Shown here: positions 54,601-64,000 of the stretch, one piece after another
How positions within the stretch are numbered: position 1 is the first letter of the stretch
Layout of the letters: every line of letters starts with the position of its first letter
Source: Phoronis australis
Lineage: Eukaryota; Animalia; Phoronida
Direction: 5' to 3'
Length of the DNA stretch: 64,000 nt
Assembly (NCBI GenBank): GCA_002633005.1
Contig: NMRA01000763.1
Coordinates: forward strand, 65,160 to 129,159
Translations under genes and position numbers: made by a program
Notes under the pieces: model-generated
Databases searched by the model: none
The model's input: only the letters and a program-made list of their open reading frames with translations
Told to the model about the DNA's origin: nothing

Positions 54601-57574
54601 TTACAGTGGGCAAATAGGTGGAACTCCTGCACCCTGTGAATGGTGTTGTTCGGGATAGGAAATGAATATGTTAATTTTTGATCCCAGCAAGAACGATTCA
54701 TAGTAATACACATTCATTTCATTGATTCTCACCCTCAGTTACTAGACTTGCGCTAGTTTTAAAGGTATTAGCCGTACAATGTTTTCCCCTGGGTAATTTT
54801 ATACCGTCGGACCGACAAACACCACGTCCAGAGTGTAAAAAGTTATTGAGAGACTGGGTCATGTTTGCCCTTGAAATAGTCTTCTATTCGCGGTATTGAC
54901 CTTTTCACTTGCAGACAACAAGCAGCAACACCTACACGAGATCTCGCTATGAAGCAAGATATTTCCATTACCATTACCAAGAGTGCTGAACAGTTTGCTG
55001 CGATAAAGCAGTGATTTCTGGGGGAGAACTCCGAATCGAAGGCAGAATGCCGTTGGTGGCGCAACTTAATTCGACTTGACTGTGAATCAACACGCGAGTA
55101 GGTTTCAAAAAATTAATTTTTATTCATTTGTCAAGTTGCGAAAGCATTCGCCCTGTTGGCTCTACCTTCGCCAGTGTCGCTCAGAGCAAGTGAGCCGCTA
55201 GCGCAAGCCTAGGGTTACATCCTCAGTCACTATAACATAGCTGCAGTGAGGCTTTCATGAAAATACGGTTCTATCAAAGTTATAACAACTAACAATTACA
55301 TTTCTTGGTTCGCTGTCCCATTGTCCATCTTACCAGAGATCATTTAATTTAGTTATTATTTAGTGCATAGTACTTTCTACTGTATTCCTTGTACTTGTAT
55401 TACCATATATTTCGCTAACCTTAACCTCCTTTTCATATCCGGCAACAAGCTTGCGACGCATGTACTATTTACAATTGAGACAAAGGTCAATCATAAAAAC
55501 AACATTATACGTTCAATCACTTGAAAATTAGTCAGGAATTTTTGCTCCACAATTCTGCAAATTTCCAACAAAATTGTAAAATTAAAACAAGAAAACTGTC
55601 ATATCTAATAGCAATCAGAGCATTACTCGACAAAGATAATTATTTAAATGCAGATTCATCAGTCATATGATATGTACTCAACAGTACCACAAGAGTCATC
55701 CCCTTCATTAGAAGTAATTCAGGACTAAAATTCCAAATTGCACAATAGATTTAGGAAACAGTGTATCCCTAAATTATCAAATAAAGTGAAAGACAAAAGC
55801 CTGTCCTACAGTACACAATACAACGCTGCAAACTTAACCAAGTCATGTCATGGCTATTTCTACTAAATGCAGGGCTCCATTTGGCGACCTACAGGTCACC
55901 AATTCAACCTCAGATCTTGTTTTATGACCTTGTAAAAATCACACAGGTCGACACAAAGTTACCCCAAATCATCAACGCATGTACTCAAAATACAACAGGT
56001 AATAAACAGATGAAAGTTGGAATTGTTCGCTGAAAACTGAAACGTTTTGATCATTTTTATCTGGACCAGGAGGTGGGACTATATGAGATTTTGTTCCAAA
56101 AGGGGGATATTTTAGGTCTTTAATGAGCAAGCGGGATGCTTCTAATTTTCCATTCGGGCAAAAAATACCCATCAATCTTGGGTACATCGCTGGACATTTG
56201 CCGAGTTTGCCAATTTTTCACTTCAGGTATTTTGTTAATTTCGATTCTTGCTGACGGGATTTGCTGACCTCAGCTCCCATTTGGCAGGCTGGGAGTTTCG
56301 CCAGGTCGCATTTGGCAAGTTGACGTCACGCAAAGGGTCAAGCCATGAAATGTTTGTGTGTTTACCAATCACTGGCTGTGAGATCCACTGAAGAGTCTAG
56401 GTCTTCACCACGACTGCTACCATAATACTCCCGATACTGTCGGTACAGGTCGACAACTTGACTGAATGACAGGGAATCATAGGAGAGAATCATGCGACGG
56501 ATGAACAGACCTACAAGAACATAAATGACACGTTCACAACATTTTTTTAGACCAACACATAAATTTGATAAATTCAAATGGCACTGGGCACAGAATTACA
56601 GCAACGAAAGTGAAGTGATTGTGTCGTGATTGACTCTTTGACCGCCAAACATGCATATTGATGAGTTAGGTACTTTCCCATTCCTGGCCAATGCAATCTT
56701 CAATTTCATGAGGGTCAACTACTAACTGTTTGACATTGGCAAATGACAGGACAGTTATATGAAATTCAAAAACATTGTTTTCTTCTGTGTTTGCATATGT
56801 TGAAGAAATTTCAGTCAAACGCTTTTCTGTCGAATTCCAAATGAAACAATAGCCTGCAAATGGTCCATCGTAGAGTTTAAATTCAAATCAAATTAAAAAA
56901 ATTCTGTAGTACATAGACAATGCAAAGGACTTTACAAGTACGAAGATTCCCTTGCCAACTACCGACCTATGAGACTTGACTTGCTGATGAGGGGACCATC
57001 CGGCGCAAGGAGGCAGGCAGACAGAGACTGCAAGAAGTCCATGAGAGCTACCAACCCTTCCTCTTCACTGCAGAACTGTTCCAGTCTCTCGGTGACACGC
57101 TGCAAGAACGGTGGCTGCAGATTCGCCTCTCCCAGCTCCCCCATTAACACTGGTAATGTTGTGTCGGCAGACTGGAAACCGAAGGGAACCGAAATATCTT
57201 TCATGCATTTTTAATCACAATTCAAACAAAATGCTTGGACGCAATGGAGAGGTCTGCACATATGGCTTTACTTATTAACCTAGTCCTTAAAACATAGCAG
57301 AATCCCACAGCAATGTTTCTGTACATAATTGTTATAATCGTGTCTTAAAAGTATTACCATTGTGTCAACTTTCAACAATCCATACCTGGAGCTGTTTCAA
57401 TAAGAATATCATAAACCCTCTCCTTTCTGCCTCAGTAAATGTCAGGTCGCAGTATGAAAGCTCGGCATTGCCACTGTCCTTATAGGTAATGACACAGTAT
57501 TCACGAATCAGAACCAAGATTGTCAATTTGTGCGGAGATACAGTCTCCCGGTTCTTTAGTACGCTTGCCCTCAT
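42614..57574 (-). CDS. ANAPC5: Anaphase-promoting complex subunit 5 (at least 15 coding exons, 693 codons seen; 3' exon missing)
   Basis: Exons 57574-57386, 57171-56967, 56510-56366, 54345-54177, 51789-51599, 50640-50559, 49888-49796, 49301-49234, 48816-48703, 48038-47915, 46207-46017, 45384-45283, 44796-44649, 44185-44023, 42708-42614; all GT-AG with consistent phases. APC5 motifs: VSPHKLTILVLI, SKSSLIGLFIRRMILSYDSLSFSQV, QAEFFVARQ, NPNFAEAHYLSYLN, FRYAALNVAALH, ALHEAIRLAQEANDNACLQHAL, DQGRALLLYAK. Confidence 0.95.
44993..45056. repeat. Short palindromic dispersed repeat (copies also near 5208, 53283, partial near 60585)
   Basis: TTTTGAGAA(C/T)CAGTT..CTCCACTGAATAACAGGCATCAAACTGGTTCT recurs several times in the window. 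Confidence 0.75.
46304..47697. mobile_element. TIR DNA element (Tc1/mariner-pogo-like ends) in an ANAPC5 intron
   Basis: TIRs CTGTACTCGTCCGTGTTACCGCCC / GGGCCGTAACCCGGACAAGTACAG followed by TA. Interior has decayed SYFNAQGGYVLCTFTGNHRK..GRDIPVKYCFVG and a ~45-bp tandem duplication at 46778-46877. Confidence 0.7.
51797..51868. repeat. (AAT/AAC)n low-complexity repeat
   Basis: Read directly; abuts the acceptor of the ANAPC5 exon starting at 51789. Confidence 0.85.
52307..53223. mobile_element. Non-autonomous Kolobok-like DNA element with TTAA target-site duplication
   Basis: TTAA|GGTAGGTGTATACAC ... GTGTATCTTCCCACC|TTAA: imperfect 15-bp TIR, GG termini, TTAA on both sides. Confidence 0.7.
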
Positions 57575-58462
57575 AGCTGGTGATCTACCAAAAACTGCTG
57601 TAGCTATTGACCTTTAACCTCATCATCTGCAAAGAAAATTACTGTGATATAATAAGACAGATGGAATGTAAAATGTCTTCCTTATCAATGGAAATTATCA
57701 TTTTGGCAAATAGCACAGTACCTTAAGCTTATTTAACTGGTAGAATCTGCTGCAGTAATTACAGCCAATGATCAGCAGTCAACAGTGACAAAAGGCAATT
57801 TGTATTAAAATTGAAAAGTGAAACGAAATGGATTTCCACATTTTACAACTCTGGTCAAAGCTACAACACAATGAAGTATGTCTACAGGAATTTAGACAGA
57901 TTTCACGAATAATTCTAATTCCACTTTTTGGTTGATGTGGAAGTTTTCACTGCATGCGATAATCACCCATAAGATTAGGTGACGTCACACAAGTAATGAC
58001 TGGGGGTATACCTGTAACGTATAACAACTCACTGAGGCTACAGTAAGTGGACCTTAACAGAACTTCATATGTTCCAATTATCACTTCTGATAGTAATTTT
58101 AATTTTTAACACATGACTGTAAATATCGATGCTTCATTGAAAATTATTTTGAAATCAATAACTTTTAATGGGAAAGTACCACCACTTGTAGGTGAAGCCA
58201 TGCCAGAGGTGGTGCAACTGCCTGCATGCCAGTTAATGTTATTCAGCGATTGCCTGGTGTCAGAATAAATATTGATCAAGTAATTAGTAAGAATAGATCC
58301 ATTTTAAGTTACCCAGAATTTGTGCATATGTACTTTTAAATCATGGGGTCAGACTTGTTGACATGTACTTTAAGGTCAAAATCTATTTTTAGATGGTGTT
58401 TACAACTTAGGTTTCTGGGGTCAAAGTACTCTAGAGATTCTAGAAAATTCTGAGAACAAATT

Positions 58463-59889
58463 CACGGGTGAGAAACAACATGACCGCCGGTCCTCTAAAT
58501 TGGACTGACTCACCCAAAACAGGACCTCCATGGATCAAATGGGACCGTCGCACCAGAAAATGGGACTGACGCACCTAAAAACATGACCGTCCCACCAGAA
58601 AACAGGACTGCAGGAGACTGAACATGACCGCCGGACAATATGTAGTTATCAATACCTTTGTAAGATACTGCTTGTGATTACATAATCGGTCAGCTAGCTG
58701 TGCAAAGACTCACCAAAATAAAGCTTGGTAGCACTGCGTTATTGAGCTCCGTTAAATCCCTGAAATTTCGCACAGCCCGAGTATAGTTCTGCTCGTCACC
58801 TTGTCGTGAAACTTATATCAACATGTAGAGCTCGCGAGCGGAGCAGGCGCATGCAAAATGTAGGAGTCAAACAACACTCACCTTGCAGGTTGCAGCTGCT
58901 GGAGTGAAAAACAATCTAATGAACGTCATTTGTTTGCCTATTGTAACAAAAAAGTCTGTCGTGCTTGTGACATGAGCACGCGACATGTCCTAAAATTTTG
59001 CGACATCTTTCGGAAGATGATGACTCAACTTCGCAGCAGCACGATTTGTTCTAAAATTTGATTTGCTGGTATTAAAATACTAAAAACATATGACGAAATG
59101 AAACCAGTTTCGATAATTTGTTGTGCCATGTACGCAACCTTGTAGAAGAGAAGAAGAGCTGACTGAACGGTGAAAAAATTAAGGAACTGGTCAATGTAAG
59201 CTGACCTAAAAGAACGCACCTCAATTTTAGCAGCAGAATTACGAAAGAACAATTTTTTCCGGCGAGCGCCGATAAATAATTTAGCTTACTCAAGGAAGAG
59301 TGTCGTTAATAACACTAAATCGGTGAAGATTTTATATGTTCAGCGTTTTACCCACATCGGCGCCAAGCTATATATTTAGTATACTGCTTTGCCGCACAAA
59401 GGCTAGTTATGATGCTACACCCGAGAACCAGAACGCCCGTTTTTATTCTTGACTAAAACCTCAAATTGGAGAAAACGATTTTCATTTTGTTCTAAAACTT
59501 ACGCAGTGGATAAAGTTATAATTATTTAGCTCCAAAGCGTGCAACATGGTTGGTTTGTGGTTAAAACTCAAAAGCACCGCATGTTACAAAGCGAAGTGTC
59601 CAGTAGCGCACAAAAGATTTCGTTGGATTAACTGGCACGAGACCAGCATATGCATACGTATATAGCTCCATTGAATGATCTGTGTAGGACTACCGGAAAT
59701 AAATCTTAACTTGTTTGTCACTGCGGTTTCAATCCCCGGCGGTCATGATCAGTCCCCGGCGGTCCTGTTTTCTGGTGGGGCGGTCATGTTTTTTCTGGTG
59801 CGAAGGTCCCATTTGATCCCCGGAGGTCCTGTTTTGGGTGAGTCGGTCAGACTTAAGAGGACCAGCGGTCATGTTGTTTATCACCCGTG
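58463..59889. mobile_element. Non-autonomous CAC..GTG TIR transposon (Transib/Chapaev-like ends), ~170-bp TIRs, 5-bp TSD
   Basis: 58463-58636 is an inverted copy of about 59733-59889 (CACGGGTGA.AAACAACATGACCGC...). AAATT directly precedes (58458-58462) and follows (59890-59894) the element. Confidence 0.8.
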
Positions 59890-61569
59890 AAATTGTAACA
59901 GCCAATAATATGAGTGGATATGATCATGTGGGTTTTATTAGCCAATCACTAAATAAGTAGAATGTTATATATTATGGGCTGAAATCAACAAGATAATTAG
60001 ATGCGCTATAGTAGTTGAAGCATAAAGACTTGCAACAGTGTACAGAGGAAATTGTACAACAGAACCATCTCGTGGAAGATTCTAGAAAGGATCTTGGCAA
60101 GGGCAAGGGTTAACGAACAGGAAATTAACTAAGAGCTTGTCACTTGCAATGTGGGTAGTAAGGTACTACCTGAAGCGTTGCGTCATCAGCCAGAGACTGT
60201 GACCAGCAAGAAGAATCGCCGGTAGAAGAAATTGCCTGCAAGTGTTGCATCACCAGACTGGCGGTGACCAGCAAGTACACAGTCGCTATACAGTGTGTGT
60301 AGTTCGAAAATTCACCAACAGGACAGTCATACAATAAGTGGAGAGTCCTAGCTTGGATAGCAGATAAGACATTTGAATATTTTGGTTGATCGATTAAAGT
60401 AGTCTTTAAAGAGGGTGCTAGCGTAGTTACTCTACTAAATTACTAAATTAACAATAGGTTTCACTTGTCTAATTAGGGCTTATCATATAATAAATTAATT
60501 ACTGGTTTTGATTATTTACTCTCCATCTAAGCACAATCTCAAAGCATAGCTACCTTTAACAAACCCACTGTCAATCGTCCGACACCTGGTTCTCAGAATC
60601 TGGGACCGCTATACATATTCGACCAGTGTCAATCTGTCTACGGCCCAGGCCTACACTAGTGTATGTGTCTTGTGATCTTATCCGTCAAGATAAGCCAACA
60701 ATCCCAACATAACACCACAGACGTTCCCAGCTTTCATGATCATGATCGCGTTGGATTGGGACGATCAGAAGCTGCGGACGCCTGAGACTGAGTAATAAGG
60801 TTGAGTCTTGGGCAAGTTGTAGGCAAATTTTTCTACTATTCGTTTAATTTTATGAAATATGCATAGCCTTAGAAAAAAATGAGGAAATTTCTTACCAGGA
60901 AAGTATACTTTAAACTTGTCAAATACCGGCACGTCGTCGTCGTTCAACTTCACTAGAATAGACTACTCGTAATCGGACTCGTAGTCAGCCCCGCGCACAT
61001 TTGATTGGTTTAACCATAGATATTATAGTCTATGGTTTAACTAGTGTGACTTGTCACTAAGACTAAGTCAAAGAGTTTCTATGGGAATTGTCTTTAGTGT
61101 AGGGTAAAAAAGGTCGAAATGGGTGATATGCTCTTGCTTCATACGAGAACCGACGTTCTTATGGCTCAGCTGTTTAATGGGCACTCAAGATCAACCAAAG
61201 TTTCCGCCGCTGCAAGTTTTTGTGTTAACGTCAACACAATTTTCGATGACATAATAAATTCATCCTGCCATCTAGCGGCATTAGACATACTGCGGAACAA
61301 GAATCCCGATCCTAGTCTGTGAGACTGGGGAAGGCGGGGTAGCATTCAATAATGGCCTGTAAAAAGGAACCTATTGGTCGTTTTTTCGCTTAGATGATAT
61401 TGGGTCATTTTTTAATATTGAAAAATGAACCTGTCAACGTTGCTGGCAACTCAGTGCATGCAATAGTTTCGCGGCCTGGATGCCGCCGACTCAGCTGGAG
61501 CTCCATAATGACTTCAGTTTTCCGTTTCTATATACTGAAATTTGACGCCGCCCAAGCGTGCGTTCAGTA

Positions 61570-61652
61570 TCGCTAGGACATCGCTAAAAAGGAAGACTTC
61601 GCGAGAATACGTGAGAGATTGCCGTGTATTTAAATTGAGAACGAGTGACTGG
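61570..61652 (+). repeat. Dispersed repeat, second copy near 25955-26036
   Basis: CGCTAGGA.ATCGCTAAAAAG.AAGACTTCGCGAGA.TAC.TGAGA..TGCC.GTG.ATTT.AA.TGAGAAC..GTGACT at both sites. Confidence 0.75.
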
Positions 61653-62039
61653 CTAGATTTTCGTAATCGGGGCCCGGACGGCGTTTTCCCCGGCGTTGCT
61701 CCCAACTTGTTCGATTCTATAGCTCAAGTTGGGAAGATCACCCGCCCTGTAGCCAATATCTTACACCACTGACTGGGATTAACTCCATTCCCGACTGAAG
61801 ATCTTTAGCCGCTGACTGGGCTCGGCCGAGTGCTGCTAAAAACAAAGTAAAGTTATAACATATACTGGACCGTTCACATGCAATAGCACTCGGATTTCTG
61901 AATTCCTTGTCAAACCATGAATGCTGACCATGATAGTTTTTGAATCACCAAACTCGCCCAACTACAACAGAAGTTAAGACAATCCAGTTAGTTCTGCCAA
62001 GTACGTTTCAGTACTGAACCCTGGCTTAATTAGGGCCTT

Positions 62040-62360
62040 TCATCGACGCCGCCGTCGATGTTTTGGGGAGTTGCGGTCAGTAACGGCTTAACTCCGGCCG
62101 GGTCCTGGATCGCAGTTAACAGCTGAGATCCAGTTAACATCGCACTTAACAGTTTGATTTAGAGTGGTGGATCTCGGATACCATGAGGGGGGCCGACATC
62201 CTCGAAGAATTGGACAAAGCGCTATTGTATGTGCACGAGGCGGCCCGGCCAATAGTGCGGGGTAACGGCCCTTCGGGAAATCTCTCGTTGGGCCTAAAAA
62301 AAAAACGGGAACGTGTTTTTCCCCTCACCCGCTACCGGTTCCAGCTCCTGAAGTAAGTAT
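62040..62360. promoter_or_regulatory. GC/CpG-rich putative bidirectional promoter region
   Basis: CpG-rich patch with GGCCAAT near 62247. Minus-strand ATG at 62199 (MSAPLMVSEIHHSKSN, possible donor at 62150) and a plus-strand donor GAA|GTAAGT at about 62353. Confidence 0.4.
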
Positions 62361-62485
62361 TTCCTCACGCTTCACCCTGTTTTGCTGGTTCCAACTTTGC
62401 TTGCGGCAGCCAACCATAAGTCCATGAGGCGGATTGGAGGGCCGGGCCCCCTGCCCCCTCAAATCCGCCTACCGGGATTCATGCG

Positions 62486-62501
62486 GTGTGTGCGTGCGCG
62501 G

Positions 62502-62574
<73 letters not shown>
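62486..62574. repeat. (GCGT)n/(GT)n microsatellite next to an assembly gap
   Basis: Read directly; followed by N run 62575-62912. Confidence 0.9.
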
Positions 62575-64000
62575 NNNNNNNNNNNNNNNNNNNNNNNNNN
62601 NNNNNNNNNNNNNNNNNNNNNNNNNNNNNNNNNNNNNNNNNNNNNNNNNNNNNNNNNNNNNNNNNNNNNNNNNNNNNNNNNNNNNNNNNNNNNNNNNNNN
62701 NNNNNNNNNNNNNNNNNNNNNNNNNNNNNNNNNNNNNNNNNNNNNNNNNNNNNNNNNNNNNNNNNNNNNNNNNNNNNNNNNNNNNNNNNNNNNNNNNNNN
62801 NNNNNNNNNNNNNNNNNNNNNNNNNNNNNNNNNNNNNNNNNNNNNNNNNNNNNNNNNNNNNNNNNNNNNNNNNNNNNNNNNNNNNNNNNNNNNNNNNNNN
62901 NNNNNNNNNNNNCCATGTTCAAACTTATAGCTAACTTTTAAAATAGTACCTGAGACACAGCTGATTTGCTTTTTGTTAAGTATATTGCAGGCTTCTTGCA
63001 GATATTGTCCAAAACGCTATTTTACGGAGTTTTTAAGATTCTCCACTCTTGTGTGAGCATTTATGTGGAAATTTTTTCGCTTACACTGGTCACCGCTCAG
63101 ATTCTCTTAGCCCCAAACCACTTTAACGATGCCTTCAGCTCGCCCTTTGTATTGATGTAGACCTGAACTAATGAAATCTAAAGGTAATAACTTACACTAC
63201 TCGGTCTCAACAATCGTGTTTGTTATTTCACCCAAACAGGTTTTCTCTGGCATTATCACAGAGTTACATCCTGCAGCTGTGGAGAGTAGTTTTAACTTGG
63301 TACACAATATGACTAAGAATTTTATTTCGTTTTTATCTTCACAAAAAGACACTTCCCATAAGGAACGATGGTTTTAAAAATTGTTTAATACCAGTTTTTG
63401 GTATTCGATTTCTTTTTTAATACTCCTGTCTACTTGGTTTTTCTCATACTGGGAACGGATTGATACAAATGTACTTTTACATTTTATTTTTAAACTTGAA
63501 GTACTGAAACAGTCTATGATCGTCAGCGAAACTTTGTTACACTAAATATTAGTCATTATTTCAAGTTTGATCTTTATTAGTCTAAAATATGCGAAAGTGT
63601 AAATATGGTGATAGTCAAGATGAAATTTGTAATCTCTGGAAAATTTCGGTTGTACTGACTGCAAAACTATTTTAGCTTTTTGTCACTTTAGAATGGGCAC
63701 AAGTTAATTACAACAAGTTAACAATCTGGTTAAAATAGATTGAAAAAATACTAAAAGAAAAATGCATGTGGTAAACTCTGATCAGCGTGTGTCAATCCAC
63801 CGAGTATATCAATACACACGGTCGTTTATCTTCAACTGTACTCAATGTTTGTAGTTTTTAGCTTATTAGTTAATCGATTTTTTAAAAACCGAAAACCATA
63901 CGTGGTCGCTTTTTCCAGATAAACACAGCGTGGTGTTCATTTTAACGACATTTTTTGGTTCGTGCATTTTGAAAATTTGCCATCTTGTACAGGCAGAGAT

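Noticed and set aside
1-64000. CRISPR array, operon or prokaryotic defence system
   Set aside because: No regularly spaced repeat-spacer array; genes have spliceosomal introns.

Overview
AT-rich, intron-rich, repeat-rich animal genomic DNA, most like a marine invertebrate, with two assembly gaps. It is not prokaryotic, and most ORFs in the track are spurious or are partial exons. Hand-splicing gives three multi-exon minus-strand genes with consistent GT-AG junctions and phases. (1) 1514-11258: a stand-alone catalase-related allene oxide synthase/hydroperoxide lyase (coral cAOS type) with no fused lipoxygenase. (2) 34838-38903: a secreted protein with a long coiled coil joined to a CTHRC1-type C-terminal domain and no collagen repeat. 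(3) 42614-57574: ANAPC5 (APC/C subunit 5), whose last exon probably lies in the N gap. Mobile DNA includes a decayed Ty3/Gypsy element in a cAOS intron, an Academ-type transposon, a solo LTR, a Kolobok-like element, a CAC..GTG TIR element with a 5-bp TSD, foldback/MITE palindromes, LINE remnants, tRNA-derived SINE heads and microsatellites. A frameshifted segment near 29.7-30.35 kb may be a decayed Hedgehog-N (hedge)-like domain. All family assignments come from recalled sequence motifs, not database searches.
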